From Basidiobolus meristosporus CBS 931.73 (lineage: Eukaryota; Fungi; Basidiobolomycota): a stretch of DNA of 64,000 nucleotides. The notes beneath the pieces are model-generated. The model made no database searches, was not told where the DNA came from, and worked only from the letters and a program-made list of their open reading frames with translations. Shown here in pieces: positions 51,447-64,000 of this stretch. Location: positions 1 to 64,000 of the forward strand of contig MCFE01000126.1 of the NCBI GenBank assembly GCA_002104905.1, written 5' to 3'. The translations under genes and the position numbers were made by a program. Each line of letters starts with the position of its first letter. The first letter of the stretch is position 1.

Positions 51447-52032
51447 AGCAGCAGATGGCTATGGGAAACCGAAGATGTGTTTGTTGTAATATTAGTTGTA
51501 ATTTTTCATGTTTCTAATAAATCCCCCACTGTACAATATACTTCTACATTGACCGAGTGCCGCTGCCACCCTAGGGTGGTGATCATTCATTAGACGGGCG
51601 TATGAATTAAACGTACGTAATATAGGGACCCTTGCATAAGCGTTTCGCATCCATTCCATGACATGCAGCGGTGCATAGCGTCGTATATTAGTGTCTCTCC
51701 CTGACCCCTTTGCCGCACACGCCGGCAGGAATCGATCATTGAAGGGGACTAGTAGAGAATAGACCTACACCATCAATTTCTGGGCGTGAATGACATCAGA
51801 AAACCGGTTCTTCCTAATTCATAGCAAGGAGAAAGGGGTGGTAGGAGGGAGAGAAACTCCGTGAAGGGACTGGTTTTACTTGGGGACCAGATCCTTCTTA
51901 ATTTGGCGGGGGCCAACCGATATAAAAGCGGAAGCTAGTTTCCTGGTAGCCCAACACTAACCGTTCCACTCCTTGAGTTTTCGAGAGGTCAATCTACCCA
52001 AAAAGCGAGTCATCCCGCACAACTTAATAATA

Positions 52033-52251
52033 ATGCACAGCAAAAAGATCCAGAAATGTGAGATTGTCGGTTGTTACGATCGTGCCGTACGCATCATCGG
52101 CCAGTGCAGATATTGCGAGCAGAGGTTCTGCGGACTTCACCGCCTACCCGAATCCCACGCCTGTCCCAACCTGACCATCTGCAAGCAATATTCCTTCGCC
52201 CGCTATGCGGATCGTCTCATGAGTGAGAAATGCGTTGCGAGCAAAGTGTGA
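52033..52251 (+). CDS. AN1-type zinc-finger microprotein 5 (72 aa)
   Basis: MHSKKIQKC...HRLPESHACP...[15 protein letters not shown] at ~51921. Confidence 0.85.
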   Translation: MHSKKIQKCEIVGCYDRAVRIIGQCRYCEQRFCGLHRLPESHACPNLTICKQYSFARYADRLMSEKCVASKV

Positions 52252-53523
52252 AGTTTTGTCCCCAACAATCTAGACGTTTCCAATCATGAATAGAGATAAT
52301 TTGTACTTGTAGCCTTCTATGTAGATAAATACACCCTACCAGAACTATCTAGAGGATAATAAAGGTTTCTATGCGAAAGAATCAGCGATCTTGATAGGCG
52401 TTAGTGGACTGCTTGATTTGTTTGTAGCGTGCTGTGGGTTCACCAAAATGTAATTTACCCAAAGGTGTGTCTTGAGAACCGTGTTACTCGAGCCAAGCCT
52501 CTGCAGCGGATGCTAGGACTAAAAGCGAACCCGTCTTTGTCTTTCAGGTACCATACAATTGGTAGTCCAAGTCCATTTAGGAACAATTGCGATCCGTTGT
52601 ATTCAACCAGATTCAGCTTAATTGCAAGGCCCGGGCCACATGACCACGCACCATGGTTTTGAAATATTACGATCAGGAAACATCATGTTTCAACTCGATA
52701 AGCAGCGCTCATCTGGTGAATAATGATATAGGCCATTGACTTTTTGGTTACTGCAGTGTGAGCTTGCCGCCATGTGGGTTAGCACGGCGAAGGTGTCGAC
52801 TCACTCGGACTCAGCAACCCAAGTAACCTGTAACCGTCGTCAACGCATTGCAGCCCATGTGTCATGCTGATCCTGGATGATTCGTTTCAACACAAGGATC
52901 TGTCCAGAGTATCACTTGGCCTTCATGCACCGATCTGTGTGGGAGAATCTTGATCGAAACGCGGGCATCCAAGGGATTCCTCAAAGAGTGAAACGAAGGC
53001 TGTCAATGATTAGCAGTGTATTACCCATCCCCAAAGCCGGATAACCAACCCAGCGATATTTACCACGTAAAACAATGGAAGCTACGATATTCGATATGTT
53101 TCATGGGAGATTAGTAATGAGTGCTACATGCACGTTTCACCGTAGAATAACCCAGGCATCACCAAAGCGGTGCGCTCCGGTCTTACTGACATGCAGAGAG
53201 AGGGTAGAAGCACCGCGGTGTGATGCGGTGCGGCCAGCGAAGGCGACCGGTCAGAAGAAGCTGAACAGCGCTGGCGAGCGATGGCCTGTGATCCAGTGGT
53301 TGCGTCGACGATGGATGACACATCGGCCGGTGTTTCTGTTGATCTGTTACCTAGGTAAATAGGTTTTGAATGTGCATTCCATCTCTCATGGCCGGATCAC
53401 ATGACGATAGCACATAGCCAATGGCGGGAACGGGTGATGGAGGCGGCGGCAGATAAATAGACGGCTGGGCGCATTGGCAGCCCTGTTAATACCTTCTACT
53501 TATCTTGTTGACTTGAGAGGTAT

Positions 53524-54879
53524 ATGAGGGATGTAAGATCCGTGGTCGTCTATATCGTGATAGCAGTGTGGTCCCTACAGTCGCTGGTCACCTCAGCGCT
53601 ATATTGGCATCGACGCGAAAAAGATTGTATTAAATATCGTTCGCCCGGATTCACTGTAATCGCCGCCCTAACAGCGTACATCTTGGTTTGTATAACCGTT
53701 CTCCCTTGGGCGGAGGATGGCTTAATACCATGCTTCATTCGCCTCTGGATCGCAAGTTTGGCCTATCCGGTCATGTATTTATCAGCCACGGCACGCGCGC
53801 TTCGACTACTGTGCTTTTACCGGATCAGCGAAGCCAAGCTGGCTACTCAGACCTCCAGCTCAATCTCTAGTAGAAACTCCCAAACAATCACCATCACCCA
53901 CGTAACGAAAAAGCCCTCTAGCCAGCTCTCGGTCATCGAATCCCCCAATCCCCTGTATCACGAAACGCTGGCCAACAACTGGTACTATCAGAATCGCCGG
54001 CTGTTCTCCGTGACCTTCTTCGCTCAAATCTGCTGTGCCATTGTATTTATTCATATTGTAGTTTTAATCATTATTCAGTACTATACGAGAAAGTTCTCCA
54101 TCAAGCCGACAGTTGCCAAGGACAACTGCTCCGTAGGCTGGGAATGGCTCCCACACAGGCTTTACATAGTGGTGTACGCAGTGGCGGTCAGCCCGTTCAT
54201 ACTGCTGAAGCTCCGGGGAATCCATGACGCCTATGGGATTCGGGAGGAGTTGATAGCACTGACCATCACCAACAGTGTCTTTGATCTGGTGTTTCTGATT
54301 CTATTCGCACTGAACGCATTTGGTGGGCTCAATCCGGATTTTTACGGGCTGCTCTTGGTGATAGTCCCCATCTCGCTGATTCACTGTTTTCTCATCATTC
54401 GACCGCTCTGCGAATCCTATGGGATCTACTTCACCCGGCTTGCAGTGAAACGAAACCGGCTGCATAAGAACCTCCAGTTCACTCCGGAGTGCTTCGAAAG
54501 GATTCTTCAGGACCCGGTGCTGATGGAGCAGTTCAAGTCGTTTGCCGCCAAGGACTTCACGGTGGAGAACGTTCTTTTCTTCGAGCGCTGCCAGGCGATC
54601 TCTCGGAGGAGGGAGTCGGACCCGGCGTGGACGCAGCAGCAGCTCCGCGAGACCTATACCATCTTTATCGAGCCCGATGCCGAGCTGATGGTCAACCTGG
54701 ATGCGGAGACCTTCTTGAGAATCCGGACGGACGTTAGCCTGGAGAAATTCCAACCTGACATGTACACCCAGGCCCAGGCCGAGATCAAAGAGCTGATGTT
54801 TCACAACACGTTCCCAAGATTCCTCGAGTCTGTCAAGTACAACAATTCTCATTGGGTGACCGATTCGTGCATGGCATAA
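53524..54879 (+). CDS. 7TM-RGS protein (seven transmembrane helices plus C-terminal RGS domain)
   Basis: About seven hydrophobic segments, then FERILQDP..FKSFAAKDFTVENVLFF..YTIFIEPDAELMVNLD..NTFPRF, the RGS-box pattern. Confidence 0.88.
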   Translation: MRDVRSVVVYIVIAVWSLQSLVTSALYWHRREKDCIKYRSPGFTVIAALTAYILVCITVLPWAEDGLIPCFIRLWIASLAYPVMYLSATARALRLLCFYRISEAKLATQTSSSISSRNSQTITITHVTKKPSSQLSVIESPNPLYHETLANNWYYQNRRLFSVTFFAQICCAIVFIHIVVLIIIQYYTRKFSIKPTVAKDNCSVGWEWLPHRLYIVVYAVAVSPFILLKLRGIHDAYGIREELIALTITNSVFDLVFLILFALNAFGGLNPDFYGLLLVIVPISLIHCFLIIRPLCESYGIYFTRLAVKRNRLHKNLQFTPECFERILQDPVLMEQFKSFAAKDFTVENVLFFERCQAISRRRESDPAWTQQQLRETYTIFIEPDAELMVNLDAETFLRIRTDVSLEKFQPDMYTQAQAEIKELMFHNTFPRFLESVKYNNSHWVTDSCMA

Positions 54880-55208
54880 TCTATGCGCCTACCATAGAAT
54901 TCTCTAATACCATGTCCCCACTGCCACTCCCACTGCCACTGCCACTGCCATTAGACCCATCCCGCCATTTACCATTTTACCATTCGGCCATTTTGTTCCC
55001 CTGTCCCTAGACCTCCGTAGCCAAAAGAATAAACCCGCCAACAGGAATGCCCACATAGCGTCGGGTGAAACTTCCTGCATCCCTCCAGCTCAGCGTCCCG
55101 GTGCACATGTTTTGCTGGTCAACACGGGCTCATCCACCAGCACCAATCAGATCCACTTGGCCAATAAATCCCATTGAAATCCATTTTTCGCTTCATGTGC
55201 GATGCAGA

Positions 55209-56686
55209 ATGTCTTGGCGGTTTTATCACACCGAGATCAGCCAGATATTGTGTTCTGGCCTAGGGCTGGTCGAGGCGCAGGTGGTGGAGCTTTTGGAGCT
55301 GACCAAGCTGCGAGACGTCCCCCGCTACGGGGAGTTGCAGTGCTCGGTGGACAGGTTGCTGCGCGTCGCTAAGTTGCCGAGGGAGGAGTTGCTCACTCAG
55401 CTTGAGGATATGGTAATTCCACTACGGAGGTCCTGTTCTCTTCTTTCGATCCCCGCCCCCATGCTTACCTTATCTCCTTAAAAACAGTTCCAGGATAGCC
55501 ACTACGAGATGGTGAAAAGCGCCAGGTTGATCTCGTTCCGGATCCACCGAGAAGCCCTGATCTCCAGCACCCTCGGCGGGTTTCTCACCGACAGTGCTTC
55601 CTTCTACCAGGTGAAAGGGGCTGTTCCGCAACGGGTTGGCCTATGGAACAGTGACCCCGACCATTGGCGAGGGGAAGCTTTGGAAACGTTCGTTCGGGCG
55701 ATCCACGAACATTTAGGGTTTCAAGTGCAGCCCATAGCCCGGGTTCTTGGAGAGGTCGAGGGCGAACTGGCCGAACGTCTCGATCTCGAGGAGGAGAAGC
55801 TGCGAGTGAATGGACAGCCTACCAGACTCGGCCGCGAGCTGGCTGCGTTTCGTGCTCAGCTGGGAAAAGTGGACAAGATCCTCTACGTCGGAGAAGACCA
55901 TTTGAAACAGCACGTGTACCAACTGGGCCAACTGATGAACCGACTTGGGGAGGAGGCGCCCGACATCCAACACGTCCCCTACGGCCCGCTCACCAAGCCA
56001 GCGCTGGAGAAAGAGGCGATCCTCGCGAGCGGTCGTTTGGGGATGCAGGCGTTGATGAAGGAGAGTGAAAACCGATACGCCGATCTGATGGATACCTCGG
56101 TGAAGGTCGACGATACTCGGGAGATCAGTCTGTTGGAGTGGATTAGCGAAGTGCTCGCCGAGACGAACTGGCTGGTTCAGCTGCTGCAGCTACGTCGACA
56201 AAAGCCCTGTAAATTCGACGCCGCCCGGATGTTGGATGCAAAAGGGCATTCCGGTGTCTACCTCCAATACACCCATGCCCGTATCTCTGGGTAGGTGGCT
56301 GTCTGAACTCACGATCCTATCCAACCCACCCATCTGTTCTAACCATCTCCAACTTTTCACTTAGTGTCGAACGCAAGTCCGACATCCATCTGAACCGGGG
56401 ATGCTCCCTCGACTGCCTGGTGGAGCCGGAGGCCCGTCAGTTGACCTGGCTTTTGGCAACCTTCTCGTGGCACGTGGAGCAGAGTTACACCACTCTTGAG
56501 CCCTGCCTTCTGATCCATTACCTGTTCTTGGTGGGGATCGCGGTCTCGAACGGACTCTCCGCGCTACGGGTCAAGAACATCGACCCCACCAAGGCCGAGC
56601 CTCGATGGGTGCTCTTCTGGTGCGCGCGGGAGGTGCTGCGCAAGGGATTCCAGTTGATCGGGATCCAAGGATTGGACAAAATGTGA
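55209..56686 (+). CDS. Arginyl-tRNA-synthetase-like protein with intact DALR anticodon-binding domain but degenerate catalytic core, 442 aa; exons 55209-55412, 55488-56290, 56365-56686
   Basis: GTAATT..CAG (75 nt) and GTAGGT..TAG (74 nt) introns join three ORFs in frame. GVYLQYTHARISG and LEPCLLIHYLF...R...L..G..LIG....DKM* match the ArgRS C terminus. No HIGH or KMSK-like motif visible. Confidence 0.8.
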
Positions 56687-59600
56687 GCCTCGCCGGTCCT
56701 CGCGGTCACCGCTTCTCCTTCACCCCTCTCCTCCTGTGGTTGCGGTACACCCATCCACCTACCATGTATACCTCCATCGCCTGCCCTCCCTACCCGACTA
56801 GATATGGGCATCGAACCCACCATCAATTAAATCACGGTCATCAGACCACAACCATTCCCATTCCCATTCTCTTGCTCCCAGTGGTAGTGGCTATCAGCTC
56901 CACATCGAATACAACTGCTGCCCTGTGTCTTGACGTCGCGGCATCGTGGTGCCAGGGGTAATCTTCCACCGCGAGAGCAGCCGGTCTTGGTAGTTGACCC
57001 GAATCGTTTGGGTTGGGTTGTTGCGGTGGTTCCTCAGAGATATGGATACCCTGAGCGGGAGGGGCAGAAGGTGAGAAGCCGGGGTTGTCCAGGAGCCAAC
57101 CGCTATCCCGGGATTCTCCATCGAGGTCCATTTGGGGACTTGAAAGAAACTAGAGCTACCTTTCGGGGGTCCGAGTCCTGCCCACATCGTTGCCACCTGC
57201 AGTGGCCAACGTGACTTCCCGCCTGCAGACCCGCCGGATTCCGGTCATGAACCCGGTATGGATAGGCCTGGTAGGTCGGACAATGGGTTCCAAAGGCCGA
57301 ATTAGGCTCCAGGCCTATTTGGAGATCATGTCAATCCCAAGAAATCCCCACAAGGCGATGGTTCCCGCATCCATCACGGCAGTAGGTCGGTAACGAAGCG
57401 TCTACTCCCTCCCCCAACAAAATCATGTTTCTTGTGGACTGGAGCAGTCGGATCCAGAACTGCGAGGGCCAAGCCCAGGATCTCTGGAATGCCGGTGGTG
57501 GACGTATCCTTTCCCCACTCTGGATCAGCCACCACAAAATGCTACTAACAGCCATCTTGTGCTCCGCTCCGGTACTCGGAAATCCTCAGCTTTCTGGTAA
57601 ATCCATGGTTCTAACGAAGTGTAAAATCAGGGGCGGGGTTAATGTCTGACCAATGAAGCGAGGGTATAGTCTAGTCATACATGCCATTCGATGCGAGATT
57701 GTCGTTTTCAACTCTACCTACAACGGCTTGAAGGAGCTTTAAAGGCTAGGTAGATGGAATCTTCATCGCAGACCAGTTAATCAGCTAATTCCGACCAACA
57801 GATGTTTTTATCGCCATTTAGTTGCATCTGCCGTATTGGGAGATGCCGGAATGAACCAGCCATTTGGGCCGATTTGTTTGGAATGGTCAGATGATATCTT
57901 CGAGTGTGTGGTTAAATTAAATGAATGGTAATCTCCCCCAGTATCTGCTGGCACAATTTGCATTCCATTGTGGTCAATGGATTGGGTTGGACAGGTCATA
58001 TAGCCTTGCTTCTTGAAGTGTACACCAGGCCTGTATTTGCACAGTAAGGTTGCGAAGTGATCCCCACCAATCTAGACACACTCAGTAAGTAGTCAAACCC
58101 AGGCTTGTGTGGCAGGCTCTAGTCAACACTCCCTTTACTGAATAGTCTACCAAATGGCCCAATTTTAGGTCACCACCTTAATACTGACATGTACAGCCAT
58201 GGCCTGCTGTGTTGATGCTGAGCAAGGTGACCAAGGTATGATCATCTGCCCAGGCCAAGTAGCGCTTAATACATCATGTAACATGGCATTATGCTGGGTC
58301 ATACTGGTGAAAGGCTATCCTGTTTTGTCAGTGATAAAATTGTTTCATGTTCAGATTCACAAGCAGTGGCATGGAGTCGTCTATAGCTATCAAATAACTT
58401 CAGATATCAAGATGCACTTTACAGTGGGTGAATATCATGACCGTTATATCTAGGCAAGCCTCCATTGCAGTGTAGCATTTAAAGATAATGGAAATGATAG
58501 AACAAACCAGTGAGTTATTTGGCCTTTGCTAGATTGTTACAGATTCTATATTTACACCTCAGTACTCCATCACCTTTGCCACATAGATCATAGCTTAGAG
58601 ACCTTACTGTTTCCTGCCCATATATCTTGCTTTGATTTGCCTAGAATACTCTCACAAGATTGATATGTGCCCTGCATAAGTGAATTTGAATTACTGCCCA
58701 AGAGCTTCCAATCTTAATACACATGTTGATTGTGCTGCAATTATTAAGCTGTCACCTAAATTTTCATGCTAACTTGGTCACATATATCTTATTCTGTAAT
58801 CAGCATTCTTATCTTGATTTATTTAGAGTATTTTCACCAATTTATCAGGCACCCAGATTATGACCATTCTCAGAATTGTCTAAAAGACCCCGAGCCTTGT
58901 GCACATACTCTCAGAACCTTCCTGAGCAAACTCTACATGTCCTTTGCCTTAAATCATTGCAAGTTTACACACCATAATACTGATCAATATATCTACAAGT
59001 GAATAACATGTTAATCCTCTAGTTCTCCACATTGCTCCAATAGTCCTTGGAAGATTGCAACAGGTTATTAGCCCCAGGCTTGCTGTCCTCTTGGTGTCTA
59101 CTTTGCTTTTGATTTACTTCTGCTAGTCTGGAGAAAGACTTTCCACACTATTGTTCTGCATAATGTTAAAGATGACTACTGCTGCTAAAGGACTATGTTT
59201 ATGAGGATATAGCTATGGAGAAGAAGACATTGCCTTCAAAAGGTGCTCTTGGTAGCTACTCAAATTAGTTATGAAGATGAGTCTAGCAAACTGGCATCTG
59301 AACATGTCAAGAAAAGTAGAATGTTGGTGCTCTACCACTACTGAGGAAGATTGTGTATTTCAGCAATTGAGGGTCCAGATCTTTTATGAAATATATTGAT
59401 ATGTGCATTTATATGGCCCAAGTTGACTGCTAAACACGCTTTTTGGATAGGATATTATTCTGAATTGCAAAAAATAGATCACTCTTGAATTATTAAGGGA
59501 GGAGGATTTTACCAAAATCTGTTGCCATACAACATTAGGTTGAGAATACAAATACTGGAGTTATCAACTACTATTCTGGACTACCCACTGATGGAAGAAG

Positions 59601-61515
59601 ATCTAAGAGACAAGCTCCCTGAATTGTAAGGATCCTGATAATATGTAATACTTATTTATTCACAAGGAGTATATAAATATATTGCATGGTTGATTGGAAG
59701 AATGCTATAATTGTAGCAAGTGTTTGGACACTGAAACCAGTATACAAGGAGCTAAAAGTGCAGCTGCAGGACATACTACCATTGTGTTCAAGTCCAAAAA
59801 CAATTGGAGAAGGTATTATACAAATTTAGCAAAATCAACATAAGAAAATTCTACCACCAGCCAAAAAAAGGAAGGAAAGTGATTGCAAGTCTGATTGGAG
59901 TATATAACCTAGCAAGAGCTGACCAGCATAAAAAAAGAGCCACCCAGAAGATAACATTGTATTCTATACTTGTTATATGTACATCACTTACAACAGTGGG
60001 AAAACACACTTGGTGGTATTCAATATCATGGGTCACATCTGAAGAATTGTGACTGGTCAAGTCATGGCCAAGCTCTGCTGCTCAAAATGCTGATATATTG
60101 GAGTCTGATGCCAAAGTACTGATGAAGTTAGCTTTCAAATGCAGTGAATTTGATCAAATTTGGTCAACTCTATCAATGGTGATGGCTGATATAAGTGAAT
60201 GCCAATTTTCATTACCACATGAAAAGTAATGATGATCATCCTGTCAAAAGGCAATAACAAAATTTAAATCTTGCAACAAAGAGGTATTGATCCAGCCAGG
60301 ACACCATGCAAAGGCTATCAAAATTGTACCCCAGATTTCACAAAAACATATCAAGATTTTTCATCACAACAAACATAATTAGCTTTTAATTGGTTCTCTG
60401 CCAATCCTCTCACTTTCATATCCCAGACAATTATTCACCTCCTGCATCTGTATAAATAGATTGACTGTTGCCTCCATTTACCACTCCTTACTTCCTGACT
60501 CAACCAATGCTCTTACTTTTATTGCATACAAATTGATTTATTTCCTTTCAATCTTCAGTTATAATGTGTTTACCAGTGGTACTGACCTATAAAAGTACCT
60601 ATACTCAGCACTAACATTAAGCCTAACCCTACACACAGCAAGTAACTCCATAAAAATTTACCACTCAGTAAGTATTTCTGCTGTAGGCCCTTTTTCCATG
60701 ATTATGGCAGGAACTCTATAGCCTCATGTCATTGTTCATTCACTGGCTCCCATATTTCCTGGTCTTTGGCTACTACTGCAAGGTCTAACACTTTATATGC
60801 CAGCCTTTGCAATAGATACTTGCAATAATCAAGTACATTTTCTTGAGCACTGTTCTGAAGAGGTTCTGCAGCCTCTAGGTTTGCCTATTAATGTTCCAAA
60901 ATCCCACTGTAGGCATTGTGATAGTATTTTAAGCTCTGGATGTTTTTGCTTTGTCTGTCAGTGGGATCTCCACTCTGTCTACAATGGAGGATATAGAGGC
61001 TGAGGTAGACAAATTAGGTTTCTCTGCATACACATCTACCTCACTGGAGTGTAGCTCAACTGGTTGCAGTTCCAACTCTTGTAAAAACAGCTGTTTTCTT
61101 GTTTGTAATTCTTCTTGGCTATGATGAAATTCCATCTGTTCTGGGCTTATGGTGTCAATTGGCAAGAACGGCAGCTTTTTTCTCATGCTTCCCTGTCTCT
61201 GGCTTGGGTAGACTTTTTCCCCTTTACCTTTTCCTTTATCACTGCCAGGTCTTTCGCTGCTACTTTGTCTGAGTGCTTCTTGTATCCTAAAAAAAATCAG
61301 AAAAGGCCACCATCATAATATCAGCTGAACTGCTAGTAATCTTACTTCAAGTGGGGGATAACATATGCAATAAGGTAAGCAGGTGTGATAGTCAACCAGC
61401 TTATGGGATAGTACTGATCAGGTAAGCCAAATGGGATAAAACTAAAATAAGTGTAGTAGAGAAATAGGGAAGTAGAAAATATGGGAATGAGCACATCTGT
61501 CAGTGGGTGTCACTG

Positions 61516-61712
61516 TCACCCCACTACAGTGCTGGATTTTCTTAATTCTTCATCCAGGAGCCTTCCATACATGAAATTTAAGGTCAAATCTGCAGTTCTG
61601 GACTCTAGGGCTGATACAAGGTCCTGAAACTTGTCTGTCAGGCTATTCAGGATGGTAACTATCATATCCTCATCAGTTGTTGGTACACTCACAGATTCCA
61701 TTTCATCTACCT
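61516..61712 (-). mobile_element. Inverted copia gag fragment
   Basis: MESVSVPTTDEDMIVTILNSLTDKFQDLVSALESRT matches MESVGIPPTDEDEIVTTLNSLTDEFQSLVSAPQSRT at ~62228(+). Confidence 0.8.
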
Positions 61713-64000
61713 AAATCATCAAGTAAAACCACCTAATCTACTTGTACTCCCAATCACTTCCAATATCACCAAGACTCTTACAGGAGACTATGAGCCCCAA
61801 GCTGTCACTCTCTGCAATGTCTGCTACTGCTATTACTGGAGCTTTTCCCTCAGCTGAAAATTTGGATGGATCTAACTATCAAGTGTGGAAGGTGAAGTTG
61901 ATGATGTGACCAAAAGAAAGAGACCTTTGGGATGTTGTCATGAGAGAAGAATGTCCTCCTAAGAATGTGGTAGAGGAAGCATTAAAGTAGCAGAAGAAAG
62001 AACAAAATGCCTTTAACTGCATTTGTCTTCATGTCAAAGACTAATTACTATTTCAATGCTCAAGAGCAAGAACCACAAAGAGGGCCTGGAAGGCATTAGA
62101 AGGCACATACTGGTCATGTACAGCTGTTAAGAAGATGTATCTTAGACAAGAATTCTTTACTACAAATATGCAGTTAGGACAAGAAATGAGAAATCTAATT
62201 GACAGAATTACCCTGCTGGTGGATGAAATGGAATCTGTGGGCATACCACCCACTGATGAGGATGAAATAGTTACCACCCTGAACAGCCTGACAGATGAGT
62301 TTCAGAGCCTTGTATCAGCCCCACAGTCCAGAACTGAAGATTTGACCTTAATTCATGTATAAAGAAGGCTCCTGGATGAAGAATACAGAGAATCCAGCAC
62401 CAATAAGAGGGAAGAAGAAAGTGTTTTATAAGCATTGATAACCAACAAAGGAGGTACTCAAGACCCATCAAAGGCATCAGCAACCTGTTGTACAACTACT
62501 GCAAATGGAAAGGAACACATTAGACTGGTGCTTCAAAAAAAGAGACAATCAGCAAAAGAAGCCTCATGATGGAAATGCTGCACATAAAGAAGTAGACTAT
62601 TCATATCTGCTCCAAATATGGTCACAAACAAGGCTTATCAGATGTGATTCATTGACTCTGGAGTATCTCAACACTTTACACACCAATTGTAATTTTCATC
62701 CAATATCAAGAAATTCCAATTAAGAAGGTTCTCATGGGTGAAAATATAGCACTTGATGCTGCAGGAGAAGGAACTATCCAAGTAAACCCTAGAAGCAGTG
62801 AAGGAAGCCATGTACCTACCATCAAAGAAGTACTCTATGTACCAGAAATGGCAAAGAACCTACTGCCTCTAAGCAAGGCCACTGCTGGAGGACTCAGCTT
62901 CAGCTTTGACAATTCTGGATGCATGATCACTGATTGAAATGGTATCCATATTGCTCTGGGTATCAGAGATCAGAGTCTATACAAGCTGCCTTGTTTTCCA
63001 TCATATCTTCAGTCATATCTGGAAGCCCATATAAGTAGCTTAAATGAAAAAGCACCAATGCTTGGCACAGTAGACTAGGATGCATCAATATTGATGGTTA
63101 ATACCAATTGATCAAAGATTGGCAAATTTTCAGAGTTAAAATTAATCCCTGAAATAAATTGGAGCACTGTAAAGCCTGCATATATGGGAGAAAGCCAGAA
63201 AACTGTCCATGAGCTTGGGGTAAGTCAAAACTAAGAAAGAACTAGATCTAATTCACTCAGATCTGTGTGGAGCTATGCAATAGTTATCCTGAGATGGGAT
63301 GAAGTATGTAAGCATTTTTGTTATGATTATACAAGATATGTGTGGGTCTACTTCATGGACAGAAAGGAAGCAACTTTGTCCCAGCTCAGGAAGCTCAAAG
63401 CCATGGTGGAGAGAGAAACTGGTGAAGAAATCAACAAAATTTGCGCTGATAATGGTGGAGAGTATGTCTCAAAACTCTACATTCACTTCTGCAAAATCTG
63501 TGGGATGAAGTATAAAACTACTATACCTTACTCCCCACAGCAAAATAAACTGGCAGAGCATGCAAACAGTGCAATAATGAATATGGCAAGATCCATGATT
63601 ATTGTTCAAAAATTATCCTATGATTTTTGGGCAAAATCAGTTGCCACAGCTCTATACCTTAAAACTAGGAGTTATCACTGAATAATTTGGGATTCTACTC
63701 CATTTGAAGTATAACATAGATACAGACCAAGTGCAGAACATCCATGAATATTTGGGTGTACAGCATATGCCAAGCAGCCTCCTGGAGATCAGTCAAAGCT
63801 AAGCCACAAAGTGTAAAATGCATGTTTTTGGGCTACTGCAATGAGGGTAGAGAATACAGACTGTACAGCACCAAAGATAAGAAGCTAATCAGGTCCAGGG
63901 GTGTGTTGCTTGATGAAAATTCAAAACCCTCACTCAAAATGATATTAGATGATGACAAAATCTAATCCTAGGTCAAACAATATTCAGAATTGAAACAGAG
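61712..64000 (+). mobile_element. Degenerate Ty1/copia LTR retrotransposon (LTR end, PBS, gag, protease, integrase), truncated by the window end
   Basis: ...CTTACA followed by PBS-like GACTATGAGCCCC. Gag LDGSNYQVWK...LWDVV, Zn knuckle, protease IDSG, WHSRLG, integrase IHSDLCG, DNGGEY, PYSPQQN, FW, and KCMFLGY. Many stops and frameshifts. Confidence 0.9.

Larger units (their letters stand above)
58010..64000. mobile_element. CpG-depleted decayed transposon tract
   Basis: Very few CG dinucleotides, AT-rich, no intact ORFs. Includes the copia element. Confidence 0.8.

Noticed and set aside
56690-57950. Overlapping 70-120 aa ORFs on both strands in CpG-normal DNA
   Set aside because: No recognisable domain, consistent frame or clear splice model. 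A gene may be present but I cannot support it.
59500-60420. Gypsy-like reverse transcriptase remnant
   Set aside because: Only vague resemblance; no YxDD or other diagnostic motif recoverable.

Overview
Eukaryotic, fungal-type genomic DNA: short GT-AG introns, TATA boxes, Pol III tRNAs with T-run terminators, fungal ubiquitin. An early-diverging fungus such as Basidiobolus is my inference, not shown by the sequence. The window is dominated by one intronless ~29.3 kb NRPS gene (9367-38652, ~9761 aa). It is split in the ORF track by six single-base indels; four can be pinpointed against the gene's own near-identical internal repeats and two by motif continuity. Reconstructed architecture: AT-T0-[C-A-T]-[C-A-T-E]-[C-A-T]-[C-A-T]-[C-A-T]-[C-A-T-E]-[C-A-T-E]-TE. 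The most unusual feature is its loading module: an acetyltransferase domain that looks lifted from the fungal fatty-acid synthase beta subunit (Fas1), fused to a carrier domain with no KS. Other genes are a secreted Hedgehog/M15-fold Zn peptidase candidate, a tandem pair of secreted CHAP hydrolases, two tRNA-Arg genes, a 3-KH RNA-binding protein, an array of five ~72-aa AN1 zinc-finger genes (one fused behind an intact ubiquitin), a 7TM-RGS protein and a catalytically degenerate arginyl-tRNA-synthetase paralog (DALRD3-like). Gene islands are separated by sharply bounded, almost CpG-free decayed transposon tracts (LINE 3' ends with telomere-like tails, Ty1/copia). Domain boundaries are by-eye estimates and no database searches were run.
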